In this document: positions 27,804 through 36,444 of the stretch, in pieces
Layout: the number at the start of each line of letters is the position of its first letter
Numbering within the stretch: position 1 is the first letter of the stretch
From: Chloroflexota bacterium
Lineage (GTDB): Bacteria > Chloroflexota > Dehalococcoidia > UBA2247 > RBG-13-53-26
Direction: 5' to 3'
DNA: 64,000 bases
Assembly: GCA_016875915.1 (NCBI GenBank)
Contig: VGOM01000010.1
Coordinates: 959 to 64,958 of the forward strand
Program-made: the position numbers and the translations under genes
The notes under the pieces: generated by a model
Seen by the model: only the letters and a program-made list of their open reading frames with translations
Told to the model about the DNA's origin: nothing
The model's database searches: none

Positions 27804-28922
27804 GTGTCGAAGAAGATCCTGCGCACCAGCCTGTGTGACCAGCTGGACATCGAGTACCCCATCCTCCTGGCCGGCATGGGCGGCGCGGCCAACGCCGAGC
27901 TGGCGGCCGCCGTCTCCGAAGCCGGCGGCCTGGGGATCATCGGGGCGATCAACCTCACCCCCGATGAGCTGGACGCCGAGATCAGGAAGCTGAAGAAGCT
28001 GACCTCCAAGCCCTTCGGTGTGGATACCATCGCCCCGACGAACATGGTCGATGCGGCCACCATCGACGAGCTGAGGAACTACATCCCCGAGGAGGCGGTG
28101 GCCTACGCCTCCAAACTGGTGAAGGAACTGGGCATACCTGTACCTGACGGGACCCGGTTCGGCAAGGAAGGCGGCACGGGCTGGGCGGCGGGCATGACCC
28201 CGAAGCAGATCGAGGTGGTCTATGATCACAAAGTGCCCGTCTTCGCGGCTGCCCTGGGCAGTCCAGCGTTCATGGTCCCCGAGGCCCACTCGCGGGGGAT
28301 GAAGGTCATCGGCCTGGTGGGCACGGTCAACCAGGCCCGCAAGGAGGCGGAGGCGGGGGTGGACATCATCGTGGCCCAGGGCCACGAAGGCGGAGGGCAC
28401 ACAGGACATGTGGGCACCATGCCCCTGGTACGGCTGGCATCGGAGGCGGTGGCCCCGGTGCCGGTAGTGGCTGCCGGCGGCATCGCGGACGGCCGGGGAC
28501 TGGTGGCCTCGCTGGCGCTGGGAGCCTGCGGGGTGTGGTGCGGCACGGCCTTCCTTTGTACCTATGAATCCGGCATCGAGGAGGTGGCCAAGGAGCGGAT
28601 CATCAAGATGACGGAGCGGGACACCCGGGTGACCCGGGTGTTCACCGGCAAGACCTGCCGCCTGCTGACCACCAAGCTGATCGAGAAATGGGAGAAGGAG
28701 GGCCCGATGATGCCCTTCCCGCTGCCCATCGTGATGTGCACCAGCCTCCAGGACCACATCGGCAAGGCCAAGCTGGTGGACTACTACTTCATTCCCGCCG
28801 GCCAGATCTGCGGCGCGGTCACGGAGATGAAGAGCGCCGGGCAGGTGGTCAAGGAGATGGTGGAGGAGGCGGTGCGGCTGCTGGATGAGGACCTGCCGGC
28901 CCGAGTGAAGACCAGGAAATAG
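27804..28922 (+). CDS. nitronate monooxygenase/FabK-like FMN enzyme (possible enoyl-CoA reductase)
   Basis: YPI.LAGMGG, AVSEAGGLG, AQG.EGGGHTG, AAGGIADGRG, PAGQ. Confidence 0.88.
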   Translation: MSKKILRTSLCDQLDIEYPILLAGMGGAANAELAAAVSEAGGLGIIGAINLTPDELDAEIRKLKKLTSKPFGVDTIAPTNMVDAATIDELRNYIPEEAVAYASKLVKELGIPVPDGTRFGKEGGTGWAAGMTPKQIEVVYDHKVPVFAAALGSPAFMVPEAHSRGMKVIGLVGTVNQARKEAEAGVDIIVAQGHEGGGHTGHVGTMPLVRLASEAVAPVPVVAAGGIADGRGLVASLALGACGVWCGTAFLCTYESGIEEVAKERIIKMTERDTRVTRVFTGKTCRLLTTKLIEKWEKEGPMMPFPLPIVMCTSLQDHIGKAKLVDYYFIPAGQICGAVTEMKSAGQVVKEMVEEAVRLLDEDLPARVKTRK

Positions 28923-28991
28923 CAGGCCCTGGGGGTTGCCCTACCGGGGAAGCCGGGAACGAGCCACCGGAACGAAGAGCAGGAGGAACGC

Positions 28992-29810
28992 ATGGCTGAG
29001 CAACTGGACATCACCACCAAGAACTGCACCGTGGAGCGGGAAGGCCATATCCTGATCGTCACCCTCAACAGGCCGGAGGCCAAGAATGCCCTGACCCCCT
29101 CCATGCTCATCGGCATGTACAAGGCCTGGCGTCTTCTGGAGGAACAGGATGACCTCTACTGCGGTGTGCTGACCGGCAAGGGGGACACGTTCTGCGCCGG
29201 CATGGACCTGAAGTCGGGCCCGGGGCCGGGCGATGACCCGGAGGAAATCCAGCGCCTGATGAAAGACGTGCCCAACCTCCACTGGCGGGCGCTGCTCCGG
29301 GAGAACCGGCCCAACAAACCGATCATCCTGGCCATCGAAGGCTTCGCCGTGGCCGGGGGCACCGAGATACTCCAGGGCACCGACATCCGCGTCGGCGCCG
29401 AGGACGCCAGGTTCGGGGTGACCGAGGTGGCCCGAGGCCTGTATCCCATGTCGGCGTCGGCCATCCGTCTGCGCCGGCAGATCCCCTACTGCCTGGCGGC
29501 GGAGATACTCCTGCTGGGCCGGCACATCAGCGCCCAGGAGGCGCTGGACTGGGGACTGATCAACCGGGTGGTCCCCAAGGGCAAAGCTCTGGACGAGGCG
29601 CTGAACATCGCCCGGCAGCTCTGTGAGAATGCGCCCATATCCATCAAGGCCATCACCCGCACCCTCCGCGAGATCGACGAGTCGGTCCCGGAGGCGGAGG
29701 CCCTGAAGCGACAGGACGAGATCGGCTGGCCCGTCTTTGCCACGGAGGACTCCAAGGAAGGCATGAAGGCCTTCAAGGAGAAGCGCAAGCCGGTCTACAA
29801 GAACCGCTGA
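28992..29810 (+). CDS. enoyl-CoA hydratase, EchA19-like
   Basis: GGTEILQGTDIRV..E.ARFG..E...LYPM..SA.RL.RQIPY, matching the EchA19 pattern as I recall it. Confidence 0.85.
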   Translation: MAEQLDITTKNCTVEREGHILIVTLNRPEAKNALTPSMLIGMYKAWRLLEEQDDLYCGVLTGKGDTFCAGMDLKSGPGPGDDPEEIQRLMKDVPNLHWRALLRENRPNKPIILAIEGFAVAGGTEILQGTDIRVGAEDARFGVTEVARGLYPMSASAIRLRRQIPYCLAAEILLLGRHISAQEALDWGLINRVVPKGKALDEALNIARQLCENAPISIKAITRTLREIDESVPEAEALKRQDEIGWPVFATEDSKEGMKAFKEKRKPVYKNR

Positions 29811-29871
29811 TGCCGGGAAGCCGGGATCGGGTGTGCCAGCACGGCGCTGCCCCGCGCCGGTGGCTGATCGG

Positions 29872-30057
29872 CTAGTTCCGGGAGGAGACCAGCGTCTGGG
29901 GGCTTGCCTGGTAGAGGTAGGTCTTCTTCAGCAGGGACTGGCCCTCATCGCTGTCCAGCCCCACGTCGTGATGCAGATGGTCGGTGAAGATGTGGAGGAA
30001 TATCTCAAAGATCGACTCTGAGTTGAAATGGCAGTGGTTGCAGCAGTAGGTTTGCAT
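29872..30057 (-). CDS. microprotein with C2H2 zinc-finger spacing
   Basis: Y-x-C-x2-C-x12-H-x4-H at the N-terminus; GGGAG RBS upstream. Confidence 0.6.
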   Translation of the reverse strand: MQTYCCNHCHFNSESIFEIFLHIFTDHLHHDVGLDSDEGQSLLKKTYLYQASPQTLVSSRN

Positions 30058-30121
30058 CAACAGACTTCTCCCATCTTCTTTCGGCCGAGGCTCACCGGGT
30101 CCGACTCAGGCCGGGCGACAT

Positions 30122-30622
30122 TCATGACATCTTGGCCTTGATATTGCCCAGAGCCTCCTCCACCGCCTCCCGCACCTGAACCGAGCCATCGTTCATGGCC
30201 TGCCTCAGGAGCTGGGCGGCTCTGGGCCCACCGATCCTGCCTAGGGCCCATGCCGCGTCCTCGCGGACGTCTTCGTCCTCGTCACGCAGAGTGCGGTCCA
30301 GCGGCTCGACAGCTCTGGGATCGCGGATCATGCCCAGCGCCCGGGCAGCTTCCTCGCGGACGTCCTTGTCCTCGTCCTCCAGGGCGATGACAAGGGCCTG
30401 CACCGCTCTGGCGTCGCCTATCTTCCCCAGGGCCCAGGCTGCTTCCTCGCGGACATCCTCGTCTTCGTCGTCCAGAAGCCGCATCAGCGGCCCCACCGCT
30501 CTGGATTCGCCCAGATTGCCCAGGGCCGAGGCGGCTTCCTGCCGGACATACCACGTCTCATCGCTCAGTGCCCGGATCAGGGCCTTGACGTCGCCGGTAT
30601 CGTTGGCCACTTCGTTGAGCAT
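30122..30622 (-). CDS. HEAT/PBS-lyase repeat protein
   Basis: About five 31-aa repeats of L.DE..DVREEAA.ALG.IGD.RAV..L. Confidence 0.9.
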   Translation of the reverse strand: MLNEVANDTGDVKALIRALSDETWYVRQEAASALGNLGESRAVGPLMRLLDDEDEDVREEAAWALGKIGDARAVQALVIALEDEDKDVREEAARALGMIRDPRAVEPLDRTLRDEDEDVREDAAWALGRIGGPRAAQLLRQAMNDGSVQVREAVEEALGNIKAKMS

Positions 30623-30817
30623 TCTCGGCTTCCCTGCGGGCCCGGCCTGATGGCCCTGACCCTTGGCTGCAAGTATGCAGGGATGACCTCTCACCAGTGT
30701 CTCGTCGGGCTGTGGCGGATTCACAAATGTCTATCAAAAGGAAGGGCCCGGGCTGGCGGCTGTCCTGAGCGTGGCTGAGCATGAATCACCTGCGACAGTA
30801 GCTCATGGATGATCGAC

Positions 30818-30828
30818 TGTGGTATAAT
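30818..30828 (+). promoter_or_regulatory. extended -10 promoter of MarR gene
   Basis: TGTGGTATAAT about 27 nt upstream of the start. Confidence 0.6.
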
Positions 30829-30854
30829 GAGCCGATATTGGATCAAGCAAGGGG

Positions 30855-31343
30855 GTGGAAATGGCAGTCAGAGCTACGGGGACCAACGCGGAACAGGACA
30901 GGCAGCTATGGGCGCTTCTGAACCAGACGCATCATGCCATCTGGAGGGCCAGAGAGAGGGAACTGGATGACATCGGCCTCTCGGCCATCCAGGCGGGAGT
31001 GCTCCACTTCGTGAGCACTCTGGATGGGCCGGTGACGCCCGCCGTGCTGTCCCGAACGCTCCACCGGGAGCCGCACACGGTGTCGGGACTGCTGACCCGC
31101 ATGGAGAAGCAGGGGTTTGTCAAGCGGGTGAAGGACCTGAAGAGGAAGAACCAGGTGAGGATCGTGTTGACCCCGAAGGGCAAGAAGGCCTATGAGATGC
31201 AGAACAAGATGGGGGTGATCAACAAGATCGTGGGCTGCCTCCCTCCATCGGAGCGGGCCAGCCTGAACGGGCTCCTGGAGAAGCTGCGCAATTCAGCCCT
31301 GGTGGAACTCCGGGCTCGCCTACCCCTGCCCTACACCTACTAG
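30855..31343 (+). CDS. MarR family transcriptional regulator
   Basis: TPAVLSR..HREPHTVSGLL.RME.QG.V.R...RIVLT.KG winged helix. Confidence 0.9.
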   Translation: MEMAVRATGTNAEQDRQLWALLNQTHHAIWRARERELDDIGLSAIQAGVLHFVSTLDGPVTPAVLSRTLHREPHTVSGLLTRMEKQGFVKRVKDLKRKNQVRIVLTPKGKKAYEMQNKMGVINKIVGCLPPSERASLNGLLEKLRNSALVELRARLPLPYTY

Positions 31344-31467
31344 GGCGGTGCGGCTCAAGCACCTGTGATCATGCTGCGGCGTAGTCTGCCGCCTGCCTGA
31401 GGTGCCCTTGCTACAGGTAGATCCTGTGCAGGTATCAACAGGACCGAGACCGAAAGGGAAGTGCCTC

Positions 31468-31707
31468 CTACTGCCAGAGCACTATTCTGGCTGCCTTCTC
31501 GCTTCGGCCAGTAGCAACACCGAGGACGGTCATGAGGGCGCCTATGACCAGTATGACTATGGCTCCACTGCCGGAGCTGGTGAAGATGCCAACGAAGCCG
31601 ACCATGCCAAGGAAGAATCCCAATATGGCAAGCAACAATCCGAAGAACTGCAATGACAATGGAGAAGAGCTGCGTCGTTTCTTCTTCTTCGGCGTCGACG
31701 TAGTCAA
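31468..31707 (-). CDS. small two-TM membrane protein
   Basis: Basic N-terminus and two hydrophobic helices; AAGGGGG RBS and TGTGGTATGAT extended -10 upstream. Confidence 0.6.
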   Translation of the reverse strand: MTTSTPKKKKRRSSSPLSLQFFGLLLAILGFFLGMVGFVGIFTSSGSGAIVILVIGALMTVLGVATGRSEKAARIVLWQ

Positions 31708-31879
31708 GTCATTCCCCCTTCTGCCTCAGCAGCAAAGATCATACCACAATGGCTTCATGCCGTGACCAGAGGAAAGGGGAAACGCACAGCGCACCGTACC
31801 GTAACATCCGTCTTCTGGCCGCCGGTGAGACCTCCGTGCACACCCCGCTTGACCCGCAGTTGACCGGTCTGCCCTTGCT

Positions 31880-32065
31880 CTAGTCCTTAGAGTAGTACAG
31901 ATGAGCCAAGATGGCAAAGAGGAAGGAAACAACTGCCAGGTCGACGTACGTTTGGGCCAGGATCTTGAACTGGTAGATCATGAGGCCACTGATGCCGGCC
32001 AGCACAACGCAGACCAGACCTGCCACGGCTGACAACCTGGATACCCACAGGTAGATAGCCTTCAT
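31880..32065 (-). CDS. small two-TM membrane protein
   Basis: 61 aa with two TM helices; AAGGGAGG RBS; TGCTACAAT extended -10 upstream. Confidence 0.7.
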   Translation of the reverse strand: MKAIYLWVSRLSAVAGLVCVVLAGISGLMIYQFKILAQTYVDLAVVSFLFAILAHLYYSKD

Positions 32066-32279
32066 CTGCACCTCCCTTCTTGGTTTCGCCAAGGCCGATG
32101 GACCGGGGCGCAATCTGTCTTGGCATTGTAGCACGGCCACCTAGGCTTGGATACGAAGGGGCTGCGCCGTGAGCCTCCGGGGCCGAAAGGGTGAGGGAGA
32201 GACAGTCAGCGTGGGCTGCGCCCTTCTAAAACGGGCCGAGGCACCAGGGAAGCCGGCGAACTGCGAGCAGAAGGGGTGA

Positions 32280-32486
32280 CTAGGGCTTGGCCAGCTGATA
32301 GTACGGCATTCCGTACTTGAGGAAAGTACTCAGGTAGCCTTCATGAGAGAGACTCAGAAGCGGGAACTGCACTGACTCACCGAACTTCCTCCTTAGTTCC
32401 GGTACGCTGAAGGACTTGTTCGGGTTTCTGGCGAAGTACGCCCGGAGCTGGTATATCAGGCGGTATCCGCTTGGTGTTTCTGCCAT
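32280..32486 (-). CDS. small hypothetical protein (possible winged helix)
   Basis: 68 aa with helix-turn pattern (FSVPELRRKFG...LSHEGYL...YYQL); GGGGG RBS-like element. Confidence 0.55.
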   Translation of the reverse strand: MAETPSGYRLIYQLRAYFARNPNKSFSVPELRRKFGESVQFPLLSLSHEGYLSTFLKYGMPYYQLAKP

Positions 32487-32675
32487 GACACTACCCCCCA
32501 ATCTGGCCGAGACCACACCACACGAACTAGCTGAGACGAGGTCAGGATAGCGCCAGCCAGTGGAGATTGTCAAGCTCGGCTCAGCTTGGAGAAGGATGCG
32601 TGAGTCCTGACCCTTGACGCTCCCCTGGCGCTCTAATAGAATCCTAGACGCGATATCGAAACGAGGAGGTGTCCC

Positions 32676-32972
32676 ATGCCAGCAAAGCCTGAAGACCTGA
32701 CAAGTGCGGATGCTTTGTTCAAACAATTCTTGAAGCACATGAAGCCATTGCTGAAGTCAGAACGGCCCAGGCTGGAGGCGTTCAGGCAAAGCAAGTCACC
32801 ACAGGAAGAAGATGATCTGGCAGTGTTCGCAAAGAAGGGCAAGATCGACCCCAAGGAAGTCGTGGTTGACCTGTCTTTGCAGCAATTCGCCGCGGCTCAG
32901 GCCTTTGCCATCCTTCTCGCCGAGAACAACCGTCTTCTTCTGGAGTTGATGAACCGGGGCTCAAAGAAGTAG
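32676..32972 (+). CDS. hypothetical protein
   Basis: 98 aa, helical; strong GAGGAGG RBS; TAGAAT -10 upstream. Confidence 0.7.
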   Translation: MPAKPEDLTSADALFKQFLKHMKPLLKSERPRLEAFRQSKSPQEEDDLAVFAKKGKIDPKEVVVDLSLQQFAAAQAFAILLAENNRLLLELMNRGSKK

Positions 32973-33002
32973 CGGAGCACTCTCCAATGTGTACCGTCGT
33001 CC

Positions 33003-33024
33003 CAGGGCCTCTGATGAGGCCCTG
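33003..33024. terminator. hairpin between convergent genes
   Basis: Perfect 9-bp stem CAGGGCCTC/GAGGCCCTG with TGAT loop; no clear U-tract. Confidence 0.4.
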
Positions 33025-33086
33025 AACGGCGCTTCATGGGGTTTGCGGGGTGATGACGGGGTGAGCACTTGATGAGACCAGATGTT

Positions 33087-33509
33087 CTACGTCGATGCCA
33101 TCCCCTGCCTGAACTGGTCTCTCGACAGAGCCGTCAGTATCAGCGCAATTATGCCCAGGAGCGAGAAAGGCAAAGCCGCGGCGATAGCTCCAACAAGAGC
33201 CATCACCCAGTTCCTTCTTTGCAGGGCACATATGCCGCCGACCAGGGCCAATATGCTTCTGAGTGCCAGGAGCGCTGCAATGGGCACCAGTATGGCCAGA
33301 GTATCCGGCTCATCAGACACAAAGGCAATGGCGACCATCAAACCGAGGACCCCAAAGAGGCCAAGGCAGCCAACTATGATATCAAGGATTCCTGCGACTA
33401 CGATCGTCCCTGTCTTCCTTGGTGATTGCCCATCGCCGAGTCCGGCTCCGCACCCCGGGCAGAATGTTGGATTGCCCGCCACTTCCCTGCCGCATTTTGG
33501 ACAGACCAT
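33087..33509 (-). CDS. zinc-ribbon domain membrane protein
   Basis: MVCPKCG...FCPGCG followed by 3-4 TM helices; TGGTATAAT upstream. Confidence 0.8.
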   Translation of the reverse strand: MVCPKCGREVAGNPTFCPGCGAGLGDGQSPRKTGTIVVAGILDIIVGCLGLFGVLGLMVAIAFVSDEPDTLAILVPIAALLALRSILALVGGICALQRRNWVMALVGAIAAALPFSLLGIIALILTALSRDQFRQGMAST

Positions 33510-33684
33510 CGCTTTCCCCCAATCCAGCTTGACGCAGCCTGGTTCAAGATGCCACCGAAGGATTATACCACCCAACCTCAGCCTTCAACCCAGGGGGCGA
33601 GGATCTGTCGGAATGAACTTCGATCGTGGGAGTGTCAAGCAGAATGCCCCGAAAAACCCTAGAATGGTAGGCAACTCCGCTTGT

Positions 33685-33769
33685 GGGGGAGTGCTGGAAT
33701 TGGCAGACAGGCATGACTTAGGATCATGTGCCGCAAGGCGTGGGAGTTCGAGTCTCCCCTTCCCCACCA
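33685..33769 (+). tRNA. tRNA-Leu(TAG)
   Basis: Acceptor GGGGGAG/CTTCCCC-A-CCA; anticodon arm CATGA-CTTAGGA-TCATG; long variable arm (GCC-GCAA-GGC); T arm GGGAG-TTCGAGT-CTCCC. Confidence 0.97.
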
Positions 33770-33793
33770 CGCTCTGCCAGGTTGCAGCGAACC

Positions 33794-34630
33794 ATGCCAG
33801 ACAACAAGTTCATCCTTAACTTCGCGCCGACGGGGCTGATCCCTACCCGGGAGATGACCCCGCATGTGCCCGTTCGGCCAGACGAGATCGTCAGGGACGT
33901 GCTGGAGGTGGCTGATCTCGGTGTGAGCATGGTTCACATACATGCGCGGGACCCGGCGACCGGCAAGCCGACGCATGACAAGGAGGTCTATGGGGAGATC
34001 ATCGGCGGGATCAGGAAGAAGCGGAAGGACCTTATTCTGTGCGTTTCGACGTCGGGCAGGGTGTTCAACAAGTTCGACAAGCGTTCGGAATGCCTGAACC
34101 TTGAGGGCAGGCTGAAGCCCGATCTGGGCAGCCTGACTCTGAGTTCGCTCAACTTCAACAAGCAGGCCAGCGTCAATTCTCCGCAGATGATCCAGGATCT
34201 GGCCAGACGGATGCTGGAAAGGGGCATCAAGCCGGAGCTGGAGGCGTTTGATCTGGGCATGATCAACTACGCCAAGTACCTCATCCAGAAGGGGCTGCTG
34301 CAGCCGCCGTACTACTTCAACCTGATTCTGGGCAACATTGCCTGTGCCCAGGCCGACATGCTTCATCTGGGGTTGATGATCAATGAGCTGCCGGAGGGGT
34401 CCATCTGGTCTGTGGGGGCTGTCGGTGACTCTCAACTGAGGATGAACTCCATCGCCATTGCGGCCGGCGGGGGAGTCCGGGTGGGCCTGGAAGACAACAT
34501 CTGGTTCGATGCAGAGAGGACGAGGCTGGCCACCAACCGGGACATCGTGGAGAGGATCGTTTTCATCGCCAGGTCCATGGGCCGGGAGCCACTCAGTCCC
34601 AAGGAAGCCAGGAGCCTGTTGAAGCTGTGA
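33794..34630 (+). CDS. beta-keto acid cleavage enzyme (BKACE/DUF849, Kce family)
   Basis: APTG, HIHARD, STSG, IKPELEAFD.GM, GVRVGLEDN, ATN..IVER. Confidence 0.9.
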   Translation: MPDNKFILNFAPTGLIPTREMTPHVPVRPDEIVRDVLEVADLGVSMVHIHARDPATGKPTHDKEVYGEIIGGIRKKRKDLILCVSTSGRVFNKFDKRSECLNLEGRLKPDLGSLTLSSLNFNKQASVNSPQMIQDLARRMLERGIKPELEAFDLGMINYAKYLIQKGLLQPPYYFNLILGNIACAQADMLHLGLMINELPEGSIWSVGAVGDSQLRMNSIAIAAGGGVRVGLEDNIWFDAERTRLATNRDIVERIVFIARSMGREPLSPKEARSLLKL

Positions 34631-35277
34631 ATGTGAGTCAGGACGAGCAGCGGCAGGGAATCCTCGGTCTGGTCAGGGAGAGGTTCAGGTACGGCCTTGT
34701 CCTGCGAACCGTGTTGAGGGTGCTGGGGTCCAGGGGAATCGAAATCATACCCTACTTCGTCACCCAGGAATCGCTCAAAGAGGGGATTGCCCCCAGCCTG
34801 GACCAGGGGCTGGGCCCGGTGGTCACCTGTCTTCTGTCACCTGCTGAGATAGACGAAATCCTTGCCCATCCTGAAGGAAAAACGATGGGAAGCAAGGAGA
34901 CTCTGCTCGGCGAGCGCTGCTTCTGCTTCGGATTGAAGCTCAACGGAGAGGTGGCGGCCTGCACGTGGTGCAATGTGCACCGGTGTCACAGCGAGCTGGA
35001 CTCGTTTGCCTTGAAGGAGAACGAGGCCTATCTCTGCAGCGCGGTGACCCTCATGGCCCACCGGGGCAGGAACGTGGCCCCATTGCTGCGATACGAACTG
35101 TACAGGTACTTGAACCAGATGGGCCGGACCGATTTCTACAGCATCACGGAGTACTTCAACGCCCCGGCGCGGAAATTCAAAGAGAAGCTCGGGGCCAGGC
35201 AGCTCAAGCTCGGCCTCCACATCAGGCTCTTCAGCAGGTGGAAGCGGAACATCACTCTGAGAAGATACCGCACGTAG
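34627..35277 (+). CDS. hypothetical protein, GNAT-like
   Basis: EAYL...T...HRG.NVA..L (acetyl-CoA-binding motif A-like) and N.PA.KFK.KLG; GTGA overlap with the BKACE gene. Confidence 0.7.
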   Translation: MNVSQDEQRQGILGLVRERFRYGLVLRTVLRVLGSRGIEIIPYFVTQESLKEGIAPSLDQGLGPVVTCLLSPAEIDEILAHPEGKTMGSKETLLGERCFCFGLKLNGEVAACTWCNVHRCHSELDSFALKENEAYLCSAVTLMAHRGRNVAPLLRYELYRYLNQMGRTDFYSITEYFNAPARKFKEKLGARQLKLGLHIRLFSRWKRNITLRRYRT

Positions 35278-35388
35278 GAATCACCTTGCCTTCGTGTTGC
35301 GAGGGATGCCGCCGCCGGGGGATAATCTCCATAGGGGAACGGATCAGAACTGAAGCCGACCGGGGCATTCTCTTCGCAGCGGGATTCC

Positions 35389-36087
35389 GTGCAGTCAGAC
35401 AAGGTGAAGGCGGGTAGTCACCACATCGTGCCCATACCGACCCTGACGGGCAGGGTCCACCTCATCCAGGGAGAAAAGGGCTCGGTGCTGGTGGACGCCC
35501 TTACCACGCGGTTCAGCAGGACTGTGCTGAGCGCGGTGAGGCGGAGCGAGAACGGCCAGCCGCGCCGGGTGAGCCTGATCCTGATCAGCCATGCCCACAT
35601 CGATCACTTCGGCGGGGCGCTGCGGCTGCGGGAGGAACTGGGGGCGCCCATCGCCATCCATGAGCTGGACGCCGATGACCTGCGCCGGGGCCGCAACGGG
35701 GCGCTGCACTGCCGCAATCTCCGCGAGAGCCTGCTGAAGTTCTCGGTGAGCCGGATGAAGTCCCAACCCATAGAGCCGGATATCGTGTTGCGCGGGGAGG
35801 AGGGAGACCTGAGCGAATGGGGCATCGAGGCGAAGTGGGTGAGGACCCCCGGCCACAGCGAGGGGTCGATCTCGGTGGTCTTCCCGGGGGAGGTGGCCAT
35901 CGTGGGGGACCTGGTCATCGGCCGGTTCGGGGTTTCCAGGAAGCCGGCGTATCCGTTCTGGGTGAAGGACGCCGGGCGGCTGCGGGAGAGCGTGAAGAGG
36001 GTGCTGGACCTCTCGCCAAGGGTGCTCCTCTCTGGCCACGGCGGGCCCTTCAGCGCTGAAGACGTGAAGCGGGTCTTCCTGGAATGA
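35389..36087 (+). CDS. MBL-fold metallo-hydrolase
   Basis: SHAHIDH, TPGHSEG, GD and GHG motifs. Confidence 0.9.
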   Translation: MQSDKVKAGSHHIVPIPTLTGRVHLIQGEKGSVLVDALTTRFSRTVLSAVRRSENGQPRRVSLILISHAHIDHFGGALRLREELGAPIAIHELDADDLRRGRNGALHCRNLRESLLKFSVSRMKSQPIEPDIVLRGEEGDLSEWGIEAKWVRTPGHSEGSISVVFPGEVAIVGDLVIGRFGVSRKPAYPFWVKDAGRLRESVKRVLDLSPRVLLSGHGGPFSAEDVKRVFLE

Positions 36088-36103
36088 GCACGACCCCCGA
36101 GCT

Positions 36104-36132
36104 TTGACAAGGCTTGCGGGGCGGGCTAACAT
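36104..36132 (+). promoter_or_regulatory. sigma70 promoter of SRP RNA
   Basis: TTGACA-N17-TAACAT, 7 nt before the RNA 5' end. Confidence 0.8.
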
Positions 36133-36139
36133 TGGCCCT

Positions 36140-36410
36140 GGGTCGTGCTAGGTGGGGAGATAGCGGTGCCCTGTACCCGCAATCCGCTACAGCGGGGCTG
36201 AATTCCCACCCGAGGCTATTTGCCCTGCAGGACTGCCTCCATGGCCTGGCGTTGAGGATCGGGTCCTGTGCGGCGGAACACTATGAAGCCCGTCAGGTCC
36301 GGAAGGAAGCAGCGGTAAGTAGCCAGTTCCGGGTGCCACAGGTTCTCCTGGTCTGAGCCGGGCGGTGGTGCGCAAGCTGCAGAGTGGGGTCGAAGGTGGG
36401 TGCACGACCC
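36140..36410 (+). ncRNA. ffs: large (Alu-containing, Bacillus-type) signal recognition particle RNA
   Basis: Helix 8 GTCAGGTCCGGAAGGAAGCAGC; terminal pairing GGGTCGTGC/GCACGACCC; Alu-like GGGGAG.TAGCGGTGCCCTGTACC.GCAATCCGCT; 271 nt. Confidence 0.93.
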
Positions 36411-36444
36411 TTCCTGGTTCTCATGTGACGCCGGGGTGCCGCTG

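Noticed and set aside
28945-29826. GGGAAGCCGGGA occurring after both the FMN-enzyme and EchA19-like genes
   Set aside because: Only 12 nt, two copies, GC-rich and non-palindromic, so compatible with chance.
30122-30622. 93-bp periodic DNA repeats as a CRISPR or tandem array
   Set aside because: They are degenerate in-frame HEAT-repeat codons with no identical repeats or unique spacers.
33003-33035. Hammerhead ribozyme suggested by CTGATGA
   Set aside because: The motif is the loop and arm of a simple hairpin; there is no stem II-GAAA core or stems I/III.
33685-36087. Integrated prophage or ICE at tRNA-Leu
   Set aside because: No integrase, no duplicated tRNA 3' end and no phage or conjugation genes were seen.
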